The notes beneath the pieces are model-generated. The model saw only the letters and a program-made list of their open reading frames with translations, did not search any database and was not told the DNA's origin. DNA of 63,827 nucleotides, taken from Octopus bimaculoides (lineage: Eukaryota). Each line of letters starts with the position of its first letter. The stretch's first letter is position 1. The position numbers and the translations under genes are program-made. The stretch lies in assembly GCF_001194135.2 (NCBI RefSeq), contig NC_068987.1:64107913-64171739 (forward strand). The letters run 5' to 3'. This document shows positions 1-11,164 of the stretch, piece by piece.

Positions 1-28
<28 letters not shown>
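1..28. repeat. (AT)n microsatellite
   Basis: Directly visible dinucleotide run at the window start. Confidence 0.95.
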
Positions 29-31
<3 letters not shown>

Positions 32-676
32 GGGATAAAAATCCAAATTTACAGGCAAAAACTCAATTAAATTCAATTTATTAAAAATTAAAATTAAACT
101 AAGTTTCACAGTATAAAAATATATAAATATATAGTTTTAGAGAAAACTAAAGTTCATGAACTTATCCATGAAAATCCACAGTCACATATAGAAAAATTAA
201 TAAGCAAATTGACGATAAATAAGTATAATAAAATACAAAGTAAATATCATAAGATAATGATAATAAAACGACTACACGTGTTTATTAACCAAATTCTCAA
301 ATAGAAAATAAAAAAATATTCAAATCGATTAAAGCGATCGCAAATCAATTCTATCCAAAAATATAGCTAATCTTCAGGTCAAAATACGACAATAATAACA
401 ACAAAAGAATGTATATATCAACCAACAATAAATAACAAATGAATGTACATAAAAATACTTATTATATTAAATTCAACTTTACGATGAAAGTAAACAAACA
501 AAGTTTTTGTTTTTTTTTCAGAAGCGTTGAGATGTATTGTAAGATACAGAAATAAATTTATTTCTCAAACGCGTGATAATGCGTGATCAGGATAAATTAT
601 CCATATAATGCAGAAAAATACGTTGCCGGCCAGCCATGAGACTCGAACTCACATCTCTGTGATTACACGTCAAGTA
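29..676 (-). mobile_element. Unclassified AT-rich repeat-like segment with a tRNA-like B-box at its 5' end, running into (AT)n
   Basis: Minus strand reads ACTTGACGTGTAATCACAGAGATGTGAGTTCGAGTCTCA (GTTCGAGTC is B-box-like), then ~600 bp of AT-rich sequence ending in (AT)n. No A-box found. Confidence 0.25.
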
Positions 677-683
677 GAATATT

Positions 684-1068
684 ACTTGCTTGGCACTCCG
701 TCGGTTACGACGTTGAGGGTTTCATTTGATCCGATCAACGGAACAGCCTGCTCGTGAAATTAACGTGCAAGTAGCTGAGCACTCTACAGACACGTGTAAC
801 CTTAACGTAGTTCTCGGGGATATTCAGCGTGACACAGTATGACAAGGCTGACCCTTTGAATTACAGGTACAACAGAAACAGGAAGAAAGAGTGAGAGTAA
901 GTTGTGGTGAAAGAGTACAGCAGGGTTCGCCACCAACCCCTGCCGGAGCCTCGTGGAACTTTAGGTGTTTTCGCTCAATAAACACTGACAACGCCCGCTC
1001 TGGGAATCGAAACCGCGATCCTACGACCGCGAGTCCGCTGCCCTAACCACAGGGCCATTGCGCCTCCA
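684..1068 (-). mobile_element. tRNA-derived SINE, family SINE-D, near full length
   Basis: Minus-strand head TGGAGGCGCAATGGCCCTGTGGTTAGGGCAGCGGACTCGCGGTCGTAGGATCGCGGTTTCGATTCC has A- and B-box-like motifs. Highly similar along its length to 43698-44074. Confidence 0.85.
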
Positions 1069-1762
1069 CGGTAAGAAGAATATACAGCGTGTTTAAAAGA
1101 TGTTTACTGCCTTACCCACAGTCAATGACAGTTGTAGCAATATCTAACAAGATAGAAGCAAATGCTTATATAACGAACTTAAAGTTAACAAACTGTTTCT
1201 TGAATAAATGGGGAAAATACCAATACAGAATTGTTCGTATAACGCGGTGTGTAATGTTAAAATAAGCTATAGTTCATTATGTCAGATAATTCTTGTAAAA
1301 GCAAGCATTACATGAAGTTAGAGGAGTGTCTTAGATAAAAAGTTTTAATATATTCTGTACTAGTTACGAAAAGTTTGTTAATTTCTGCACATGTGTCTCT
1401 CTTCTGTTAGAGTGCTTTAATCATGTGACATGCATTCATCTAAGGATATAAAACAACTCTGGAGTTTCTGTTTTTCTTATAAAATGCCTTTTGTGGTCTT
1501 GACTCCGTCCAAGAAGCTATCAGCTTTCCAAATGAAATGATAATCACGCCTAAATTACGAATACTCTATAGATATCTACTTGCAATTGTTCTGCTCTCAT
1601 TAGGGGAAACCAGTCATGTGATATACAAAGCATATCACACGATATGTTTGTTTCACATTTTTGTGTGAAATGATAGGTCTGTTTCACATTTTATCCTTGA
1701 ACTCTGGACAGTTAGAAATATTGCTACATACGCAGATAGACACACATACATACATACACAGA

Positions 1763-1764
<2 letters not shown>

Positions 1765-1812
<48 letters not shown>
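1765..1812. repeat. (CT)n microsatellite
   Basis: Directly visible. Confidence 0.95.
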
Positions 1813-1815
<3 letters not shown>

Positions 1816-2719
1816 ATACATACAAACACACACATACAGATACGTGCATATACACATACATACACTCATACATAAAAGTTCACACAAGTAGACATATATC
1901 TTCTATTGAAAATACGATTGTGTTCTGTTATACAGTTTTTAAAATTTTTAGCATCTTCATTTGAGTTACTTGTACTCTGAGGGAGAGAGAGAGAGCTGTC
2001 ACTGCGCATGCAACCGTGTACTGCTATCTGTTGGCGCGCTACAGAACTAGTCCAGGAACTTTTTGATACCACCTGGTACTTCAGATAAAGTAACTTGACT
2101 TTAACGTGGCCCTGGACTAAAAGAAGTGCCGTAATGTCATATGTTTTAATAATTGTGGTTTAACTTTAGTTAATCGGGTATCATTAACTTTGTTGTTGAT
2201 TATAATTAACTCGAAAACACATGTTGACTAAGTGTCATTCTTAACGACACAGCAAGATTACAATCTGTAAGGAAAAATTGACTTTCAATCAGGTATGAAG
2301 GCTAGAGTTGAGGGCTTAGTGGTAGGGTACAGAGAGTTTAGAATTAAAACTTCAGGTAAAGGAGGAATAAAAGGAAAAAATTTAATTATGAATTTCGTTT
2401 TTTTTTTACACTTTTACACACAATCATGATCTCCAGTGTTTAAAACATATAAATCCGAATAAATTATCTACATAAATGAAAATCAATACATACTGATGAG
2501 GAAATGTTTATTGCATACCTCACTTACATATTCTATATAATTTATTATACAATATTATTTTCCTTCTCTATGTGCTAGTGAAGCACAGGTAAACTACTCA
2601 GAAAAAGAAAGATTCATAAAATTTAACATAATAAACACACAACCAAATTGGTGCCATATATATATATATGTGTGTGTGTATCTGTGTGTGTGTTTTCAAT
2701 TAAAGAAAAAAACACTTGA

Positions 2720-2825
2720 GAATCTCGAGCCATTAGTAAGACTTTTCTTCAATTTGCAATACTAGGATCGAACCCACAAGAAAATGTTTGCGAAGCAAAC
2801 TTCTTGAAATCATACAGCCATGAGG
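2720..2825 (-). mobile_element. Degenerate SINE-C head fragment
   Basis: Reverse complement ATGGCTGTATGATTTCAAGAAGTTTGCTTCG...GGGTTCGATCC resembles the TGGCTGTGTGGTAAGTAGC head at 63650. Confidence 0.4.
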
Positions 2826-2838
2826 ACGCCTAAATATT

Positions 2839-2869
<31 letters not shown>

Positions 2870-3597
2870 ATGTGTGTGAGTGTATGTGTGGGGGAGTGTT
2901 TGTGTATGTGTGTGAACAGATAGATGGATAGTTTGATACATGTAATAAGAACTTTATAGGCCTTATATACGAGGACTATATCGGAATGATGAATATCATC
3001 TACTGATAACTGCACATGTATTAAATGATATTTACGAGCAAGAATTATGTATGCTCTTTGGTTTAGTATGCTTATGTGTGCGTACATGTTTTTGTTATGT
3101 ATATGTGTTGTTTTTTAATGCTTTGCGGTTGTTGATTTTGATGAGGATACGAAAACACGAGTAAGCATGACTTTGTGTGTGTGCGTGCGTGCGTACGTGC
3201 GTGCGTATGTATGTGTACGTTGGAATATATTGTGTGTGTTGTACGCACTATGCGAGTATTTCATAATATGTTCAATTCTAGTTGGTGAATCAAAAATATC
3301 AAATATAGAAAAGAGTAATGGATTGTAACGAAAAAAAAAATAAAATAATAAAACGCAAACGGTGTTACTCGATCCTTTGACGTTGTCGTTTGTATAACTT
3401 TTTATTCCAGTTCTCTATCAACAAAATCATGTCTGAGCTGAAAAGTAAATAAATATAGAGAGATATATACGATAGGGAGGAAAAATGTTCACGCTTGATG
3501 CATTATAATATTGGGTGTTCCTCCAAAACCTCCAGTGACGACTGTATCAAATTTTGTATTAGGTTCATGTAATTCTTGATAATGTATGTTGTTGCAA

Positions 3598-3645
<48 letters not shown>

Positions 3646-3671
3646 GAGGAGGAGGAGGAGGAGGAGGAGGT

Positions 3672-3721
<50 letters not shown>

Positions 3722-3750
3722 TCTGGTTGTTGTTGTTATTGTTGTTGTTG
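3598..3750. repeat. Compound triplet repeat (TAG)n-(GAG)n-(TAG)n-(GTT)n
   Basis: Directly visible. Confidence 0.95.
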
Positions 3751-3872
3751 TTTAGCCCTAGGCCATTTCTGATTTTTTCTAAAACATCGATCAATCGTAC
3801 GCTAGGGGGTGACCATTCCTATTTGTTTCGTTTCTTTCAGATATAGCTAAAACTACATTATCTAAATGTTGC
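3735..3872 (-). mobile_element. Family B interspersed repeat, 3' part with (AAC)n tail
   Basis: GTTGTTTAGCCC...TTTCAGA...CTAAAACTACATTATCTAAATGT is shared with 3945-4295 and, inverted, with 7440-7562. Confidence 0.55.
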
Positions 3873-3944
3873 AATTGTTGTTATAGTAGTGGCAGCTGTA
3901 ACAGTAGTAGTAATTATAGGAGGAGGAGGAGGTGAAGAGCTTAT

Positions 3945-4056
3945 CTGTTGTTGTTTAGCCCAAGGTCAGCGTTCATCAACTAGAGCAATAATCAAAATCG
4001 TTCTATTCGTTACTATCCCATCTTTACTTTCAGACTAAGAGGACATGATTACTTTC

Positions 4057-4131
<75 letters not shown>

Positions 4132-4295
4132 TCTAAAACTACATAATTCAATGTGTCCTTCTTTTTCTTATTTACTAGTAAGGTCTCAATGCGGGAAGGT
4201 TTGAACAAGTATTTCTAGCACCTCAAGTGACTTCGTAGAGGTGTAACGGTAAGCTGTGATTTCAGGAAGATTTAGCTGATGTTTCTAACATGTCA
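3945..4295 (-). mobile_element. Family B interspersed repeat interrupted by (TAG)n at 4057-4131
   Basis: Same motifs as 3735-3872. The inferred 5' part GATTTAGCTGATGTTTCTAACA matches the reverse complement of TGTTAGAGATAGCAGCCAAAAATC at ~34137. Confidence 0.55.
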
Positions 4296-4551
4296 ATCAA
4301 TCGTTAAGCTTCCTTGTTTTTGTGTATATTGTTATCGCTACTTTTCAGTTTTTAGGATCCATGCTGGATCCAACTGCCTACTAGAATCTTAGACTGATGT
4401 CTTCTATCATAGCTTAGGTCTGCCAGCGGACTGAGTGAAACTGGGTCAAGGGAAACAATGGGGAGTCAGCTAGTCACTGAGACAATTCCGTGTCACACTT
4501 CATAGAAGACGGTACGAAAAGATCTAGCACAAGCTAAATTATCTAATTTGA

Positions 4552-4654
4552 ATCACCTACCAATATAAGTATTTCACATTTAACACTCCCGAACAAGACA
4601 AGGATCACCTACCAATATAAGTATTTCACATTTAACACTCCCGATCAAGACAAG
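4552..4654. repeat. 52-bp direct tandem duplication
   Basis: ATCACCTACCAATATAAGTATTTCACATTTAACACTCCCGA(A/T)CAAGACAAG occurs at 4552 and 4604. Confidence 0.95.
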
Positions 4655-5060
4655 TGCCAACATCAGATTTCTAAATTTAGTATATAAGTTTATATTATAT
4701 TAAAAAAAAAACTTCATTTATATATTTTTGGATTTTCTCGGGATTTCTTCGGTGACGAATATAAAAGAATTCCAGGGTGGTGGTAGGCTGGGTTAGAGAA
4801 TGTTAGAGTGGCTTGTCTGTTGGTGGTGGAACGACTAGAAAAATTCTTATGAATTTCTCATGATACAAGATGAGGTGAATATCATTTTATCCATTAAAAC
4901 ATTTATAAATTCTTCAGAAACCTCTTTAGTTAATCGAAAACGTTACCAACTAGTATTGAACAGATAATTTCGGTTTCCCTGGCTGTTGCATATGTTTATA
5001 TGAGTTCATATTAGAAAAATGACAGTTAATATTCATACATAGACATAAGGGGTCTGTGTG

Positions 5061-6486
5061 TGTTAAGAAAGGTAGGAAAATATCCTAGTGTCTTAACAAT
5101 TTTTCAAGCCGATCACATGGAGAAAGGTGTTCTACTCTCTTTTGGAAAATAGTATCGTTTAGTTCAAGGAGGTTCTCGTAAATTCGCGTGAACAAAACAA
5201 TTAATCAATGAATCAAGGGATGTTATCTTTAGTGGCATCTTTTGGATGTTTGTCTCCCTTGGATTTGTCTTATGGGAAACTTTTTTGTGTGTGGTCAATT
5301 TGTTTGCATTGTTTAGTTTTTGTTCTGTGCATGGTGTTCTAATACTTGTGTGCTGAGGCAGTTCGTCATTGGGGCATATTTCTTCTTTATGTGAAGATTG
5401 TGAGCTATGTACGATCACGTTTAGGGGCTATCCTGGTGGGTGTTACCGTCACGGATAGGGGCAATTCTTTGAAATATTTGACTGTAAAATATTGTCTGTG
5501 TATGCAGAGACAGAAGGTTTCATCCCTAACGTTCAGGATGTTATCTGTTGATTGTATAATGTTTAATTTGTCAGTAATCCACAGTTCACTTTTGGTACCC
5601 CGTAGTCCGTGCTTTTTGTCTTTAGCAATAATTTTCCATTCTATCAGGGAGTTGATTATTCCAACTTCTTTCAATGTTTGTATCGTATTTGACAGGGATG
5701 TTGCTTGTTTTTTGTTTTTGTCTCTGAATGACGCCAAATGTTATGTGTACTTTTCCTTGAATGAGTTGCCCGTGATTCCGATATACGTCTTTGGTATTCC
5801 GTTGGGGTCCGTGATCTTGGTCTTGTATACGAGTTCTTTCTTGAGACAGCTGTTGTTTAGAGGACAGCGGTTCGGGATCTACAATTGCATTGTTTTTCTA
5901 GGCGATGTCATTATTTCGTGTTTTTCTATAGTTTGTTTTGATTCTTTGTTTGTTTTCAGTGCTTACCTGGTGTTTGTTGACGTCGGAAGCTTTGATACGC
6001 AAATGTCGAACGACGAAAATGAGTGTCCAACACCGCATTTGTGGATACACAGGCAATATTTTATACTGAAATATTTCAAAGAAGAGCCCCTATCCGCGAC
6101 GGTAACCATATCAGGATAGCCCCTTCCTAGACGGGAACACACATAGCACACAAACGTCACACAAAGAAGAAATATACCCTAATGATGAACTATCCCAGCA
6201 CACAAGTATACGAACACGATACCTAGAAGAAAAAACAAAATAATGCAAACAAATTGACCACAAAAAATCCCAAAAGACAAATCCAAGGGAGACAAACATC
6301 CAAAAGAAGCCACCTAAGGTTAACGTCCCTTGATTCATTGCTTCGTTGCTTTATTCACGTGAATGTACAAGAACCTCCGTGAACTAAACGAGACTTTTTT
6401 TACAAAATGGAGGTGAACGCCTGTCTCCATATGATCGGCTTGAAAAATTATTAAGACACTAGGATATTTTTCTTACTTTCTTAACA
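5061..6486 (-). mobile_element. Penelope-like retroelement 3' fragment with inverted pseudo-LTR
   Basis: Arms 5061-5506 and 6042-6486 (~445 bp) are diverged inverted copies. The sequence between them encodes a decayed Cys-rich linker and GIY-YIG endonuclease on the minus strand. Confidence 0.88.
5405..5900 (-). pseudogene. Decayed GIY-YIG endonuclease C-terminus of a Penelope-like element
   Basis: Minus translation KQCNCRS/NRCPLNNSCLKKELVYKTKITDPNGIPKTYIGITGNSFKEKYT*HLASFRDKNKKQATSLS...EWKII...CIHRQYF contains the VY...YIGxT...FKxR-like GIY-YIG signature, one frameshift and one stop. Confidence 0.85.
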
Positions 6487-6618
6487 TGAAACCAATGGTA
6501 TCCTTAATTAACAAATAAAGATATAGGGAATATGCTGTACAAGTATCATGCTGCAAATGTTGAATTAAACATAAAAACTCCTCAAAATTGCTTTTGCGTA
6601 TAATTAGCCTGCTTATCA

Positions 6619-6680
6619 CTATTTCTCGCGGATGCCCAGCGACGTCTGCCAGAACCTCGCATGGAAAACGTTGTTCAGGA
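6619..6680 (-). CDS. Candidate terminal coding exon, unknown product
   Basis: CTAACAG acceptor (6681-6687) followed by xLNNVFHARFWQTSLGIREK* in GC-richer unique sequence. No homology recognised. Confidence 0.2.
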
Positions 6681-6747
6681 CTGTTAGTACATATGTCCTT
6701 CCAAACGTTGTCATTTAATTAGATCTGTTGACAGTGGAGCCGACGGA

Positions 6748-6968
6748 ATATTGATTTCAAATTTTGGCAAAAGGTCAGTAATTTTGGAGGAGTAATTCGA
6801 TTACATAAAGCACAATACTCAACTGGTTGGTACTTATTTTATCAACACCCGAAAAAATGAAAGGCAAAGTCGATCTCAGCGAATTTTGATCTCAGAACGT
6901 GAAGATGGACGAAATATCGCTAAACACTTTGACCGGTGTGCTAACGATTTTACTGGCTCGCGCCTTAA
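6748..6968 (-). mobile_element. SINE-A copy
   Basis: Reverse complement of the family pattern GGCGAGCTGGCAGAATCGTTAGCAC...GTTCTGAGTTCAAATT...GACTTTGCCTTTCATCC...GTACCAGTT...AAATTTGAAACCAATATT. Confidence 0.85.
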
Positions 6969-7439
6969 GTTGACGCAATGTTGCTCGGGTAAGTTATCAA
7001 AACAAATCCAGTGAAAAAAAGCTCGAAAATGTTTTTAAAATATGCATACAAAAGCGATAGAATGCGTTGCATAAAAATGAGAGTGAATTTCCTTGGTGAA
7101 ATGCATTAAACTCCAGTATACTGTCACTGGATCCATTTAACATCACAGCATGTTAACAACTATAAGGAAGGTATGAATATCCCAACAGCTCAGAATTTTC
7201 TTTAAAATTATAGATTATTAGTACCTTGTGAAAAGATACTACTTAATTTTGTTTTTTGAGTGACGAACACTGTAGAGGAAAAATTAGCGCCCGCACAAAG
7301 GTTTAGATTCTTGACTGGTGCAAATTCACTTCAACAATGCTTACGAAGCAATTTGGAAGTTTCTTGTGTTTACTTGATATAGGAGAAATTACGGTCAATT
7401 TTTCCAAAACCGCGCACTACTGTTTTGAAAATTAGGATG

Positions 7440-7562
7440 ATACATCAGATAATATAGGCTTAGATACCACTAAAGAGACAGGATGTTCACATCTGGAATT
7501 CCCTTGACTATCGGTCTGATCAGTCTACAATAACCGAAGACTAAATAATAACAACAACAACC
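7440..7562 (+). mobile_element. Family B repeat 3' end with (AAC)n tail
   Basis: Inverted similarity to 3735-3872 and 3945-4160; ends GACTAAATAATAACAACAACAA. Confidence 0.45.
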
Positions 7563-8251
7563 TATACTGCATATACGTGGGACAAAGAGAAGTTACATAG
7601 CCGAATGTCTCAAAGGCTGATGGGAGAATCGATAGATCTCAGGATAAAATGTTATGTCCCTTCGATTCTGAGAGTAAATCCAGCAGCAAATCAAATTTGT
7701 TAATCAGCCTTCTGGTGTCGAAAAATTACGAATAACTCAAAGTTGCACAACGTCATAATGACCAATGGCAAAACGCCACAAAAGACCAACGACACAAATA
7801 GTCTGACGTCACAATAGTTTATTTTTTTCTCAAGTCACCAACACAATTGTTTTATATTGGAAAAACAACAAACAAAAGAACGAGTCTATATTTATGGCTG
7901 CTTAGAGAAATTAAGAAATTAAGAAAGACACAAAATATTAAGATGGCCCCATTCATGCTTATTTATCAAATAATCAAAACGACAGTTATAAAACTGGATA
8001 CGGGGGTATTACATATTTGTGTTTGTTGGATAAACTGATTAAAATAGGATCGAACAGTAAGTATATGCTTAGTGGTTTCTCTCTCTCTCTCTCTCTCTGT
8101 ATTCTTGTGATATATGTTCTTGTGTTGTTCTAAATATTTAATGCTTACCTATATCTACCTAATGGAAACTTTTTTTGCATGATCTAACACTTCTATTCAT
8201 CAATAAAAATAACATCTGAAGCAGTTGTAGTGAACCACAATCCATTTCTAT

Positions 8252-8292
<41 letters not shown>

Positions 8293-8296
8293 CATA

Positions 8297-8326
8297 NNNN
8301 NNNNNNNNNNNNNNNNNNNNNNNNNN

Positions 8327-8367
<41 letters not shown>

Positions 8368-8822
8368 CATGAAAAAAATAAACATGCATGCTCAACCAGA
8401 ACTCAGTTAATCATTGCGTGACTTCTAGCCCGGGATATTCCAGCCATCAAACAATGACCTTCACTCCGGCCACCATGAGTCCATAACTGTGAACCGTGCA
8501 GTTCTTTTCCTTCCTTTTCTTAATATTGCGAATTACTCCGAGATGGTACAGAATTCAGACGATAGAAGACAACTAATAAAGTTTAAGAACTGCAAACAGC
8601 CAAAGAAAACGTATTATAGGTATGATTCCAATGCATGAAAACCGTTTAAAAAGAAGGGAAGAATTTTGTAGAAGTAAAGTCAGATTAAATTGCAAGTTAG
8701 GTAATATTTTTGAAGTCCGTTAAGTTATGGGACAGATTTCGTGTATGTATATAGCTTACGTATTTATACATACATATGTGTGTGTGTACATATCTATCTA
8801 TTTATCTATCTATTTATCTCTC

Positions 8823-8875
<53 letters not shown>

Positions 8876-9322
8876 NNNNNNNNNNNNNNNNNNNNNNNNN
8901 NNNNNNNNNNNNNNNNNNNNNNNNNNNNNNNNNNNNNNNNNNNNNNNNNNNNNNNNNNNNNNNNNNNNNNNNNNNNNNNNNNNNNNNNNNNNNNNNNNNN
9001 NNNNNNNNNNNNNNNNNNNNNNNNNNNNNNNNNNNNNNNNNNNNNNNNNNNNNNNNNNNNNNNNNNNNNNNNNNNNNNNNNNNNNNNNNNNNNNNNNNNN
9101 NNNNNNNNNNNNNNNNNNNNNNNNNNNNNNNNNNNNNNNNNNNNNNNNNNNNNNNNNNNNNNNNNNNNNNNNNNNNNNNNNNNNNNNNNNNNNNNNNNNN
9201 NNNNNNNNNNNNNNNNNNNNNNNNNNNNNNNNNNNNNNNNNNNNNNNNNNNNNNNNNNNNNNNNNNNNNNNNNNNNNNNNNNNNNNNNNNNNNNNNNNNN
9301 NNNNNNNNNNNNNNNNNNNNNN
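8297..9322. other. Two assembly gaps (8297-8326, 8876-9322)
   Basis: N runs flanked by (AT)/(AC)/(CT) microsatellites. Confidence 0.99.
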
Positions 9323-9562
9323 ACATACATCTATAGGAATGTTCATAGACAGATGTCTGTTGTCTTAGCAACAGGTGTTGTTTGATAACAAAATGTTTGG
9401 ACAGCCGTCTTCACGTCTGTGAACAAGTGTTTACATACGAACCTACATATACATACTCTCAGAAATACAGATATAATCATACAAACATATATACGTACAT
9501 ACATACACACATACATACATACATACATACATACATACACACATACATACATACATACATAA

Positions 9563-9618
<56 letters not shown>

Positions 9619-10662
9619 ATATGTGTGTGCGCGCGTAAATAATTACTTGTTCATATATTCCTGTATGTATGAGGAAAAACATGACCAAAGGCATGTTTGG
9701 ATTTGTGCATATGACATTAGTAAACATCTAAGAGTATTTGTGTGTCTGTATATATGTATGTGTGTGTGCGTATGCGAGCGCATGTGCATAATTAAGAGCC
9801 GAGATCATACTAATCCAGTGAATATTGTGATTAAAGAACAAACCAGTTGAAGAAATCTACATCACACCCTGCGATGATAAACCTCACCTGTGGAGAATAA
9901 TTGAAAGTCAAAACTAACCAGCTTTTCACTATTAGTTTGTTTCCCCATATATCTCAAATATCTTAGGTTCCGGAAAAACCACACGGCTGGTTATTACCAA
10001 ATGATATATGTATCTGGCACTCTGTCTCTTACAAATGTTACAGGAAAACCCTTGTCCTCTCCTTAAATAATACAGTGTGGATATACCGTTGCATTCTTCA
10101 AACTCTTTATCTCGTTGGGCCCTACCAACGGTGTGTACTGAGAGCCAACCACGTACTTAGACGAAATTTGTCGCCTCGAAGATATTAGTATTGTATATAT
10201 TCTGTGGTTACGATCGTTTCAGCAATAGATGGATCAAATAAATCATTTAAGAAACTGGAATCAATGTAAACAAGGATTATGTAATTTCATGCGACATTAA
10301 ATGGAACCCAATTGTATTTGTGCGGAATAGCTTGTCTTCCTGGATCATTTTTCCTTCCATACATTTGTGAGCCACTTTTCGCACGAGTGCTGACTGAGGT
10401 AATCGCCTGAATTTTACACACTTTCTCTTTCACATAGTATACATAAATACATACATATATACATATATATAAATATATATATGCACACACACAAACAGAC
10501 ACACATACGCACACACCGACATATGTGCATACATTTAGAGAGAGAGAAAAGGAGGAGAATGTGGGAGAGAGAACTAGTGTAAAGAAGATAGTAAGACTAC
10601 GAAGAAAGGAGATAGAAATAAACTACGCCAAAAATAAATGCGTGGTTTTTAAAGACAAAGAA

Positions 10663-10912
10663 TGTTAATAGCAGTTAGTGAAAATCTGTAGACACAAACT
10701 AATTAATGTTTAGTACAAGTCAAGTTTTCGCTTCGTCTTTATATATTTATTTAAATTAAATTCTATAAATACGTATAGCAACACAGATCGGCCTTCGCTC
10801 TTTACCGCCGTCTAGTACGCTAAATTCAGAATAACATCAAACGCATTAGTTATTTTCTTTTTAAATTTCTTCGTATCTTTGGTTTCTTTCTTATATTATA
10901 TTTATAACATGG
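10663..10912 (+). mobile_element. Possible 5' LTR end and primer-binding site of the adjacent gypsy element
   Basis: ...TTTATAACA|TGG at 10909/10910 fits LTR-terminal CA followed by a PBS beginning TGG. No matching 3' LTR found, and the start coordinate is a guess. Confidence 0.25.
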
Positions 10913-11164
10913 CTGTTAGTTTAGTCTTTTAACAATTGTGGTCGCGCTAATCCACCATTTTCTTTTGCTGTTCTAGTGATTTCGTGAAACTATTTACTTT
11001 TTTACGCCTTTTGCTGTTTTTTATTTGTTCTTTTCTTTCCTTTCTTTGTTTTAGTCCTTTTGCGTGTTTGTTTGTTTTTTTCAATTTCATATCATCGCAT
11101 TTTCATTAAAAATTACACTTGGCTATTTTTTCGACGGACCAATAATTTGTTTCATTCGTTGGAC

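Noticed and set aside
625-676. tRNA-Thr-like gene
   Set aside because: Only a B-box and an anticodon-like loop are present; there is no A-box or acceptor stem.
2000-2012. ACTGCGCATGC, an NRF1-like promoter motif
   Set aside because: A single short motif with no other promoter evidence.
5346-6119. 257-aa plus-strand ORF, the longest gap-free ORF
   Set aside because: It is the antisense frame of the Penelope GIY-YIG region plus the start of the inverted arm.
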